A stretch of 64,000 nt of DNA from Gammaproteobacteria bacterium (GTDB lineage: Bacteria; Pseudomonadota; Gammaproteobacteria; SZUA-152): contig JAKISS010000001.1 of NCBI GenBank assembly GCA_021648485.1, forward strand, positions 2,650 through 66,649, written 5' to 3'. The notes under the pieces were generated by a model, which saw nothing but the letters and a program-made list of their open reading frames with translations, ran no database searches and was not told the origin of the DNA. The first letter of the stretch is position 1. The number at the start of each line of letters is the position of its first letter. Shown here piece after piece: positions 29,333 to 37,658 of the stretch. The position numbers and the translations under genes are program-made.

Positions 29333-30121
29333 ATGTCACCGGGATATCGTAAAAATAACAAGGTAAAAAGAAACAGGCGCACAACTATCTGGCATCATTT
29401 TCTTGATGCGCACCCGGAGTATTTAGCACGACATTATTGGTGGGCCTATTTATGGCGGTTTGGAGTATGGTTTTTTGATCATCAACCTATCATCAATGCC
29501 ATTCTGTTCGGGCAGTATCAAACCCTTAAAAAGCAGGCATTGCAAGCTTGCATGACAAACCGGCCAAAAGGCCGTCTGTTACAGTTGACCTGTGTGTATG
29601 GGAGTCTTACACCTTCATTGATCAAATCAATGAAAAAAGATGAAGATCTTTACCTGATGGATGTTGCCGACGTACAACTGGATGCAACACGCAAAAAGCT
29701 CAACAATAAAGAAAAAAGTCGATTGCTGGCGACACGTATGAATGCGGAACATCTCGCTTATTGCGACGATGCATTTTCCACTATTCTGATGTTCTTTCTG
29801 TTACATGAATTACCCGCTGATGCACGGGAACGCACGCTTAATGAAACGCTACGGGTGTTGCAACCTGGTGGCCGCCTTGTGGTTACTGAATATGGTCAAT
29901 ATCCTCGCCAGCATTTTTTATGCCGGTTTTGGCCGATACGTATTTTATTATTAGGTTTGGAACCTTTTTTGGGCGATTTTTGGCACAGGAATCTGTTTGC
30001 CATGTTACGCCGTCATGCAAAGACGCATAACAAAACACTCAAACGGGTAAATGAGTTTCACTGTTTCTCCAATTTTTACCGGGTATGTGTGTTTGAGGTA
30101 AATAGCCCGGATGATGAATAA
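29333..30121 (+). CDS. class I SAM-dependent methyltransferase
   Basis: Motifs 'LLQLTCVYGS' (motif I region), 'LMDVADVQL', 'FSTILMFFLLHELP' and 'LQPGGRLVVTEY'. ATG at 29333 with SD 'AGGGAGG' (the track start is a TTG at 29312). Confidence 0.7.
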   Translation: MSPGYRKNNKVKRNRRTTIWHHFLDAHPEYLARHYWWAYLWRFGVWFFDHQPIINAILFGQYQTLKKQALQACMTNRPKGRLLQLTCVYGSLTPSLIKSMKKDEDLYLMDVADVQLDATRKKLNNKEKSRLLATRMNAEHLAYCDDAFSTILMFFLLHELPADARERTLNETLRVLQPGGRLVVTEYGQYPRQHFLCRFWPIRILLLGLEPFLGDFWHRNLFAMLRRHAKTHNKTLKRVNEFHCFSNFYRVCVFEVNSPDDE

Positions 30122-31097
30122 AAGTATGATGAATCAAAACCATGTCGGTAATACCGTTGCAAAGTACCCGCGAATGGGGGTGCTATTAAGCTCAGGAGGA
30201 GGGCGCGGTGTTTATGCACATACGGGGTTTCTCTCAGCTCTGGAAACATTAAAGCTGCCCATTACCGCACTCGCAGGTTGCAGCGCAGGGGCATTGGTTG
30301 GAGGAATAGTGGCCAGCGGTACTTCTTTGCCGGATTGGGTTGCTGCACTTAACACAGTGCAGCGAAAAGAATTCTGGAGGCCAGCCTCTTTACCCGGCTT
30401 ACTCTGGTGTATGTTTCGTGACAAAGGGCGTGGTATTACCGGTATTTCAGATACCAAATGGGCGATAGAGTTTTGTCAGAAAAACCTTCATGTAAAAACG
30501 TTTGAAGAATGTCAGTTTCCTTTTTATGCCTTGGCCATTGACCTGGACAGCGGGGAAAAAACCATATTTTCAGAAGGCGAACTGGCCCCCCGTATTATGG
30601 CGAGTGCAGCAATTCCTATCGTCTATCAACCGGTACATATTGACGACAAATATTTTTGTGACGGAGCCGTGGTGGATTTTGCACCCACGGATGCAATCTG
30701 TTGTTTACATAACCTGGATGTGGTTATTGTGCATCATGTATCACAGCGTTTTGATAAAAATAAAAGTATTGATCACGCACGGACTGAACCGTGGACGTTG
30801 CTAAAAATCACGGATCGTCTGCTTTATCGAAATCGTCCATGGTACTTATCGGATGAAGGCGCATCCTCACAGCAAATTTCATCACAACGCTGTCCCTGTG
30901 GCTGTGGTGCGATAATCATTGTCATCGAACCTGAATTGCCCGAATTGACCTGGCCAATGACCAAAGGAGGTGCTCAGGTATTGTATGAAGCGGAACAGCA
31001 AACGATAGATTTACTGACACCGTATCAAGCGGCCCTGCAAACTGATCCACGGGGAATGTTTCCAAAAAATATCAAAGCATGTGATAACAGTGACTGA
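30111..31097 (+). CDS. patatin-like phospholipase
   Basis: Oxyanion 'SSGGGRG', the nucleophile elbow 'GCSAG' (GxSxG), and the catalytic Asp motif 'DGAVVD'. Overlaps the upstream gene by 11 nt. Confidence 0.85.
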   Translation: MMNKSMMNQNHVGNTVAKYPRMGVLLSSGGGRGVYAHTGFLSALETLKLPITALAGCSAGALVGGIVASGTSLPDWVAALNTVQRKEFWRPASLPGLLWCMFRDKGRGITGISDTKWAIEFCQKNLHVKTFEECQFPFYALAIDLDSGEKTIFSEGELAPRIMASAAIPIVYQPVHIDDKYFCDGAVVDFAPTDAICCLHNLDVVIVHHVSQRFDKNKSIDHARTEPWTLLKITDRLLYRNRPWYLSDEGASSQQISSQRCPCGCGAIIIVIEPELPELTWPMTKGGAQVLYEAEQQTIDLLTPYQAALQTDPRGMFPKNIKACDNSD

Positions 31098-31117
31098 AAC
31101 AAGAGGTTTTTGTAGAA

Positions 31118-31801
31118 ATGAATGATCAATATGTATGGCTTTTATGGTCAAGTGCTTTTTTGGTACCATGGATAATCATTTATATCAGCTTCCCGGCACA
31201 CCGGCGTGCCATGCTATGGGCAAGCCTGTTCACCATGCCCTTTGGTTTGAGTGAACCATTATTTGTACCGGAATACTGGAGTCCTCCCAGCCTGTTTGAT
31301 CTGGCTTTACGCACAGGCTTTGATATTGAAAGTTTGATTTTTTGTTTTGGTATTGGCGGCATCGCGGCGGTGATGTATAACCTCCTGACGCGCCGGGTTC
31401 CTGTTAGGATACCGACAAATGAACGTAAGCAACCTTTGCATCGTCATCATTACAAGGCGATGGCAGCTCCTTTTGTTGTTTTTATTCCATTATATTTTCT
31501 ACCATGGAATCCTATTTATCCCTCTATTGTTGCCATGATCGTTGGTGCAGTTGCCAACATTCTTTGCCGCCCGGATTTAAAATGGAAAACATGGATTGGG
31601 GGGCTGCTGTTTCTGGTTTATTACGCACTGTTTCTCGTCGGGCTGGAATGGTCTGCACCGGGTTATATTGATCGCGTCTGGAACTTATCGGCACTAAGCG
31701 GTATCAATATTGCATTTATGCCCCTGGAAGAACTGCTTTTTGCCATTGCTTTTGGTATGTACTGGGCAGGTGTTTATGAACATATCACATGGCGAAAATG
31801 A
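31118..31801 (+). CDS. polytopic membrane protein, lycopene-cyclase-domain-like
   Basis: Seven or so hydrophobic segments. 'MPLEELLFAIAF' resembles the PxEE..F motif of CrtYc/d-type lycopene cyclase domains. The assignment is from memory and unverified. Confidence 0.4.
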   Translation: MNDQYVWLLWSSAFLVPWIIIYISFPAHRRAMLWASLFTMPFGLSEPLFVPEYWSPPSLFDLALRTGFDIESLIFCFGIGGIAAVMYNLLTRRVPVRIPTNERKQPLHRHHYKAMAAPFVVFIPLYFLPWNPIYPSIVAMIVGAVANILCRPDLKWKTWIGGLLFLVYYALFLVGLEWSAPGYIDRVWNLSALSGINIAFMPLEELLFAIAFGMYWAGVYEHITWRK

Positions 31802-31822
31802 CATGCGAACAGGAGATAGATA

Positions 31823-32599
31823 ATGAGCGAACAGCACACAATGGAAGCTTGTCCCGCCACCCGCCCGCGCCGGTTTTATGATTGTACGCTCAATGAAAAA
31901 CTGCTTTATACCTCATTTTTATTGTTAGCGGGATTAGCCTATCTGATGGCATTGGGCTATCTTTATTCCAGTTTTCAAGGTATCGATGGTAAGCCGGGGC
32001 TATCCGTGGAAGATATCGCTGAGAATTATTATGGTAACCGCAGTGGTACGCGACTGGAATCTGCATTGCGTGGGCCCATGGCCAGTTACATTGATGTTGA
32101 ACAACGTCACCACATTGTTGAATGGCTGAAGTCAGGTGCGCCGGAAAGTGGTTATGACAGCAAAATCCGTCCCATTCTTGCTGAACGCTGTTTTGGTTGC
32201 CATAGCGCTGCTTCGGGTTTACCGGTTCCTGATTTTACCCGCTACGCAGGCATTAAACCCGTTGCCAACGTGGATACCGGAGTTTCTCTGCACAGTTTGA
32301 TGAAAGTTTCACATATCCATTTATTTGGCATCGGTCTGGTAGCCCTGGGTATTGGTCTTATTTTCCGTTTTACTTTTCTGCCATCCTGGCTTCAACACAC
32401 GCTAACGTTAGCGCCATTTATTGCTATTTTTACTGATATCCTGGCCTGGTTTTTCACTAAATGGGACCCGCACTATGCGTATATCGTTGTTATCGCCGGT
32501 GCTGTTCTGGGTTTAGCCTGGGCGGCGCAGATCAGTATCTCTTTGTACCAGATCTGGTTTTTAAAATGTCGCGTGACACCGGGACATAATCGACCTTGA
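31823..32599 (+). CDS. membrane protein with a single CxxCH motif in a soluble loop
   Basis: One N-terminal TM helix, then a ~110-aa soluble segment with 'ILAERCFGCHSAASGLPVPDF' (nt 32189-32203), then three C-terminal TM helices. Confidence 0.6.
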   Translation: MSEQHTMEACPATRPRRFYDCTLNEKLLYTSFLLLAGLAYLMALGYLYSSFQGIDGKPGLSVEDIAENYYGNRSGTRLESALRGPMASYIDVEQRHHIVEWLKSGAPESGYDSKIRPILAERCFGCHSAASGLPVPDFTRYAGIKPVANVDTGVSLHSLMKVSHIHLFGIGLVALGIGLIFRFTFLPSWLQHTLTLAPFIAIFTDILAWFFTKWDPHYAYIVVIAGAVLGLAWAAQISISLYQIWFLKCRVTPGHNRP

Positions 32600-32713
32600 C
32601 CTGTGGTCAGCACGCACATCATACACTTTATTCATCCTTGGTATAACGATTGCCTGGACTGGTGGATTTGACGTTAACGCAGACCAGAGCCGCTTTTCGG
32701 TGAGGAGTTTTCG

Positions 32714-33460
32714 ATGCTGATTAAGACGAAAAAAAATTGTCTGTGGTGCGATAAGCCAATCACTAATGGGGTACACACCACTGACAATAACGATGTCTTT
32801 TGTTGTGAGGGATGTTATCTCGGATACATGGCGCATCAGCGTTTTCAGCACGAGCGTGATGAAATTCAGTTATCACTGGTTGAGGCGTTGGCAGCAGCAC
32901 TGGATGCCCGCGAACATGAAACGGGAATGCACTCACAGCGCGTCGCATGCCATACCCAGGTATTGGCACGGCAATTCAGTAAAGACAAAAGTGTGCTTCA
33001 GCAGATCTACTGGGGTTCACTGTTACACGATATCGGTAAAATCGCTATTCCTGATTTTATTTTATTAAACCCTCATGCACTGAATGACGATGAATGGAAG
33101 ATTATGCGTAGCCATTCACAACGTGGATACGATATTATCAGTGATATTCCATTCATGAGTGAAGCGGCAAATATCGTGTTATGTCACGAGGAGCGCTGGG
33201 ATGGGGGTGGTTATCCGCAGGGTTTGAAAGGGAAAGCCATTCCATGGGGTGCAAGATTGTTTGCTATTATTGATACACTGGATGCCATTACCTCGGATCG
33301 TCCCTACAGGAAAGCACAATCTTTTGATGCGGCCAAAAAGGAAATCATCAACATGAGTGGTCAGCAATTTGATCCGGAGGGCGTGGAAGCCTTTCTGGCC
33401 GAAGAAGATATTTTACGCGGGATGGTGGAGGTGAAATGCACGCTGGTGACAGAGCGCTAA
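32714..33460 (+). CDS. HD-GYP domain protein (c-di-GMP phosphodiesterase type) with N-terminal Cys-rich metal-binding module
   Basis: 'HSQRV', 'LLHDIGKIAIP' and 'HEERWDGGGYPQGL' (HD-GYP). The N-terminal 'CLWCDKPI...VFCCEGCYLGY' matches the CxxC...CCxxC pattern found at the N-termini of some cation ATPases. Confidence 0.85.
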   Translation: MLIKTKKNCLWCDKPITNGVHTTDNNDVFCCEGCYLGYMAHQRFQHERDEIQLSLVEALAAALDAREHETGMHSQRVACHTQVLARQFSKDKSVLQQIYWGSLLHDIGKIAIPDFILLNPHALNDDEWKIMRSHSQRGYDIISDIPFMSEAANIVLCHEERWDGGGYPQGLKGKAIPWGARLFAIIDTLDAITSDRPYRKAQSFDAAKKEIINMSGQQFDPEGVEAFLAEEDILRGMVEVKCTLVTER

Positions 33461-33580
33461 TAATGCGCAACGATGGTTTTTGTGCGGTGAACGCGAGCAA
33501 CTTATGCTGAATACAGGTGGATGGCCAAGATTAACATCAGGTTTGCCACCCGCCTGCAACAAACAGGAAAACCGGCTTAT

Positions 33581-33979
33581 ATGTTGAAAACACATTATTT
33601 CATTTTAGCGGCTGTGCTGAGTTTGTTTTTGGCAGGCTGTGACAGCCTGGACCCGGAAGAAATACGCAAGCGTCAACATTTCCCCGGGAAGGATTTTGTC
33701 GCTGATGCTCAACAGGGGGAGACGCTGTTTGTGGCGAATTGTTCACAGTGTCACGGCCCGGCAGGGCAGGGGACACGGCAGGGACCACCACTGGTGGACA
33801 AAATATACCGCCCTGCACATCACGCCGATATTACCTTTCACTGGGCCGTAAAAAACGGTGTCAAACACCACCACTGGGGATTCGGCGACATGCCGCCCAT
33901 CAAGAATGTTTCTCCCGAGGATGTCGGTCATATTATCGCCTATATCCGCCAACAACAGCGTAATGCGGGTATTCAGTAA
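33581..33979 (+). CDS. lipoprotein c-type cytochrome (class I), paralog of 41883-42284
   Basis: Lipobox 'LFLAGC' and the heme motif 'CSQCHGPAGQG'. It shares 'GPPL...Y.P.HHAD.TF..AV..GV..HHW.FGDMPP' with the other copy. Confidence 0.8.
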   Translation: MLKTHYFILAAVLSLFLAGCDSLDPEEIRKRQHFPGKDFVADAQQGETLFVANCSQCHGPAGQGTRQGPPLVDKIYRPAHHADITFHWAVKNGVKHHHWGFGDMPPIKNVSPEDVGHIIAYIRQQQRNAGIQ

Positions 33980-34019
33980 TCATTGAATCGCCCTGTATGC
34001 CGGGTGTTTTTGTCAGCTT

Positions 34020-34823
34020 ATGAATATCATAAACTGGGTTAACCGCCTGCGTGTTCGTCACACACTGACGCAATATCCCATTCCCTATGAATTGTGGGAA
34101 ACTGTGATTAACAGAGCCAGCCTGCTACATGACCTGAGTGCCACAGAGGAAGCCGGTTTGCGCGAACTGGCGACGCTGTTTCTTCATCAGAAGACAATTA
34201 CCGGCGCACAAGGCTTGCTGGTCAGCGACGAAATGAAAGTGATTATTGCCGCTCAGGCAGTGCTTCTGGTGCTGGAGCTTGGGCTGGATTATTACAATGG
34301 ATGGGTTGAGATTATTCTTTACCCAAGTGCCTTTCGGGTCAATCATGGAGATGTTGATCAAAATGGGCTGGTGTCCAGTGACTCACATAATCTCAGCGGA
34401 GAATCCTGGTTGCGCGGGCCGGTGATTCTTTCCTGGGAAGATATCGAGTACGAACTGCATACGCCTCACTCAGGGTATAACGTTGTTGTGCATGAGTTTG
34501 CACATAAACTGGATATGCTGAACGGGCGCGCCAATGGTATGCCACCACTCCATCCCCGTATGGAAATCGATCAGTGGACACGCGCACTCAGTGGTGCATT
34601 CGAAATATTGCAACAGCAAGTCGCGCATCAGCACCCAACACGGATTAATGCTTATGCGGCTACAACGCCTGCTGAATATTTTGCGGTAGTCAGCGAATAC
34701 TTTTTCACTGCACCGGATGTGCTCGGGAAACACTGCCCGGATGTATATTTGCAGTTAACACAATTTTACCGTCAGAATCCTGCTTCACGCCGAGAGCACA
34801 AAATGACAGAAAATGCCCGGTAA
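34020..34823 (+). CDS. mtfA: MtfA-family zinc peptidase (M90, Mlc titration factor A-like)
   Basis: 267 aa. The HExxH motif 'VVHEFAHKLD' sits in the expected position, and 'EYFAVVSEYFF' is typical of MtfA/DUF980. Confidence 0.8.
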   Translation: MNIINWVNRLRVRHTLTQYPIPYELWETVINRASLLHDLSATEEAGLRELATLFLHQKTITGAQGLLVSDEMKVIIAAQAVLLVLELGLDYYNGWVEIILYPSAFRVNHGDVDQNGLVSSDSHNLSGESWLRGPVILSWEDIEYELHTPHSGYNVVVHEFAHKLDMLNGRANGMPPLHPRMEIDQWTRALSGAFEILQQQVAHQHPTRINAYAATTPAEYFAVVSEYFFTAPDVLGKHCPDVYLQLTQFYRQNPASRREHKMTENAR

Positions 34824-34860
34824 TGTAAAGCCGGGTTAAATGGTGTGTCGCGGGCGATAA

Positions 34861-35121
34861 CTATAGCAGTTTTCGTATGCGTTCAAAGCCCTGCTTGATT
34901 TCATCGGCAACGAGTTTGCTTGCTTCAATAACGTTGGATGATGTGTCCGCCGCTTCTTTGCGTAACACATCTGCTTTGCTGCCAAGTTCTTCGAGTTTCT
35001 TTTCAAGTTCAGAAAGTTCGTCACGCACTTCGGCTTTTGCCAAATGGATTTGCAATCGTATTTCATCCTTTTGCTGTTTCAGGCTTTCAATGATGTTGTC
35101 AATATCGCGTTGATGTGACAT
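34861..35121 (-). CDS. hypothetical coiled-coil protein
   Basis: 86 aa, highly charged with heptad-like periodicity. It lies 38 nt downstream of the ABC1 kinase gene on the same strand. Confidence 0.5.
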   Translation of the reverse strand: MSHQRDIDNIIESLKQQKDEIRLQIHLAKAEVRDELSELEKKLEELGSKADVLRKEAADTSSNVIEASKLVADEIKQGFERIRKLL

Positions 35122-35159
35122 GTTTTTCTCCCTTTGTGTGTGGGTTATTTAGATTGAGG

Positions 35160-36824
35160 TTATACACGTCCTGAACGTGATATGCCTCGCAACAGACGAA
35201 AAGTCACCCATAACGCCAGGGTGTAACCACCCAGGGCAATCAGTGGCATACCGGCAATCACTGGTTTTAATTCACTCTGTGCCAACAATGATGACGCAAT
35301 ATAAAGCCCCAGCGCAACCAGTGCCAGAGCTATCCGATTACTGCTGCGATCAACATGGTTTTCAAAATCGCGTAATCCACGATGATGAAGCGGTATTTCG
35401 AATTTTCCTGAGCGCGACCGCCGGAGAAATCTCGCCAGTGCCTTGGGTAATTCCTGGGCAAATACGGATGCTTCGTATTTGAGACGCGCTGAACTTGATC
35501 CCCCTGCTGACTCTTTAAGCGCTGTTGTCATCAGTGTTGCCCCCTTGCTTTGCCAATAATCAGCCATGTTAAATTGCGGGTCCAGACTGCGCAGGGTGGA
35601 TTCCATGATTAACAGGGCGCGCATGATTAACAGTAAATGGTAAGGCATACGCAGGTTGAACCCCCAGCCCATGCGTGCTGCACTCAGCATGGCTGTTGCC
35701 AGTGACCATTCCTGTAATGACACGCTGGCATATTCCTGAATAAGCTCGTTCATTCCTCGTTGTACCTGTTGGCGATCAATTTCTTCGCCCAATAGTCCGA
35801 GGTCGAGGTAGCTATCGAGCAGCCATTCACTGTCCTGATTAATCAATGCCAGAAAAAAGCCGGCCAGTTTTCGGCGTGTGGTGATATCGATGAGTCCCAC
35901 CATGCCAAAATCATGAAAACAAATTTTCCCGTTGTCCATGATAAAGAGATTGCCGGGGTGTGGGTCGGCATGAATGCAACCCATGACAAAAAACTGATGC
36001 AGATAAGCATCTGCAAAATTGATGGCCAGTTGCGGCCCGTCTTTTTGCACGGAAGGGTCGGTGACCAGCCGACCACCGCTCATTTCTTGAACCATCACTG
36101 ACTCGGTGCAAAGTTCCGGAATGGCGGCCGGGATGTGAATCGTTGATGAATCTTTGAAGGCTTCACGAAAACGGTGCGTATTGCGCATCTCCTGACGAAA
36201 ATCCATTTCCTTCATCAGGGTAAGGCCGTTTTCACGTACGATTTCCGGTAGAGAATATTTTTGCAGCTGAGGTGCCAGCGCCAATACAACCCGTAACACC
36301 AGTTTGAGCAGGCGTATATCCTGTGTCACCTGGTTACGCAGATCTGGTCGTCGCACCTTGATGATGACCTTGCGTCCATCCGGCAATATTGCTTTGTGTA
36401 CCTGTGCAATGGATGCTGCTGCCAGGGGAGTGTCGTCAAATTCGGCAAACAGGTTTTCGATAGAATCCCCCAGTGCCTGTTCGATTTCCCGCCGGGCTAT
36501 TTTACTGTCGAAAGCCTGTACGTGATCTTGCAGGTTTTGCAAGGCCTCTACGTAATCATTCGGCAGAATATCCTGACGCAGACTCAGGCCTTGCCCCAGT
36601 TTGACGAATGTTGTTCCCAGTTTTTCCAGCACTTTGCTCAAGCGTTGTGCCGGGCTGATAGCGGGATGTAAAAGATGGCTGTACACCAGTCCCAGCCAAA
36701 CGATGTGGCTACCGATTGCCCAATAAATTTGTATCAGTCTTCGCAAGGTACCCATAGCGTGTTTTGTTTGTCCTGTTTGGTGATCCCGGCCAGTTTTTTG
36801 TCGAATTTTTATTAAGCCTATCAC
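35160..36824 (-). CDS. ABC1/UbiB-family atypical kinase
   Basis: 'AAASIAQVHKA', 'VIIKVRRP', 'HADPHPGNLF' and 'FHDFGMVG' are kinase-like motifs, and there are C-terminal TM helices. The true start may be the internal Met at ~36755. Confidence 0.85.
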   Translation of the reverse strand: MIGLIKIRQKTGRDHQTGQTKHAMGTLRRLIQIYWAIGSHIVWLGLVYSHLLHPAISPAQRLSKVLEKLGTTFVKLGQGLSLRQDILPNDYVEALQNLQDHVQAFDSKIARREIEQALGDSIENLFAEFDDTPLAAASIAQVHKAILPDGRKVIIKVRRPDLRNQVTQDIRLLKLVLRVVLALAPQLQKYSLPEIVRENGLTLMKEMDFRQEMRNTHRFREAFKDSSTIHIPAAIPELCTESVMVQEMSGGRLVTDPSVQKDGPQLAINFADAYLHQFFVMGCIHADPHPGNLFIMDNGKICFHDFGMVGLIDITTRRKLAGFFLALINQDSEWLLDSYLDLGLLGEEIDRQQVQRGMNELIQEYASVSLQEWSLATAMLSAARMGWGFNLRMPYHLLLIMRALLIMESTLRSLDPQFNMADYWQSKGATLMTTALKESAGGSSSARLKYEASVFAQELPKALARFLRRSRSGKFEIPLHHRGLRDFENHVDRSSNRIALALVALGLYIASSLLAQSELKPVIAGMPLIALGGYTLALWVTFRLLRGISRSGRV

Positions 36825-37061
36825 ACCAAAGCTAGCGCCTGTTCTGTATTACATACAGACAAAATGCAGGTCGAGGATAAAAGCCTGAAAATAAAGTTGA
36901 TTCTGATGTCAGGTTGATAACGTTTACATTTCACTTCTAAGTGGAACGATAAATGCAAAAAGTAAAAACACGTCATTTGTTTATTACTTATAATCTGAAA
37001 TGTTAATCATATTTGGCCTTCCAATGGCTTCTATATCTTCAGAATTATAATGTGAATGTGC

Positions 37062-37093
37062 TTGACCTGTAGGCTACATTCAGGTTTTACACT
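37062..37093 (+). promoter_or_regulatory. second, apparently orphan MerR-type promoter (TTGACC-20 bp-TACACT)
   Basis: 'CTTGACCTGTAGGCTACATTCAGGTTTTACACT' has the same hexamers, spacer length and flanks as the site at 24769-24800. It contains the dyads ACCTG...CAGGT and TGTAG-G-CTACA. Confidence 0.45.
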
Positions 37094-37257
37094 GTGAATG
37101 GTGTTATACAGGAGGGCGGATCACTGATGAATATTCTCAGTGACCATTAGGACAGTATGTCGGTATGTATGCTGCCTGGATTTAATTTTATATCGAGAGT
37201 AATCAGGAGACCGCAGGCAGCATAATACAAGCATATCGTATTGTCGAAGTGTGTTAG

Positions 37258-37374
37258 TTTCCGGTGATTAAAAAAGAAGGCGGTTACACGATTGATTACG
37301 AATATTGTAAAGGGTGTGGTATTTGCGCAGAGGAGTGCCCGTGCGGACATATTGATATGGAATCTGTGGTGTAA
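37258..37374 (+). pseudogene. C-terminal remnant of a 4Fe-4S ferredoxin-domain protein (PorD/2-oxoacid:ferredoxin oxidoreductase delta-like)
   Basis: The open frame reads '..[36 protein letters not shown]' with a canonical CxxCxxCxxxCP motif. It is preceded by an in-frame TAG and has no plausible full-length partner. Confidence 0.5.
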
Positions 37375-37441
37375 GGATGGTGGAGTTAAGGTGTTTATGA
37401 TTTTTTGTGTTCCACTCTCATTCAACATACGGCAAAACCGT

Positions 37442-37471
37442 AGGGTGGAACAAGCGCAGCGGTTCCACCAA
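37442..37471. repeat. 30-bp hairpin-forming repeat, copy 1
   Basis: AGGGTGGAACAAGCGCAGCGGTTCCACCAA. The internal stem is GGTGGAAC/GTTCCACC. Its exact reverse complement is at 37659-37688. Confidence 0.85.
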
Positions 37472-37658
37472 CAGGCTATTAAGGAACAACAAATCGCCTC
37501 TGTGCCACGACCGCTGACAAAAAAATCAAAACCCTGCACCAAAAAACCGATTGTCTGAAACAGGAGAAAAACTCTCTTATGTAACAACGACGCACCGGAA
37601 AATGGTGAGTCAAGGTGGACGTTGATAGTTGATCGAATCTTGAAGATGCCCGTAGCGT

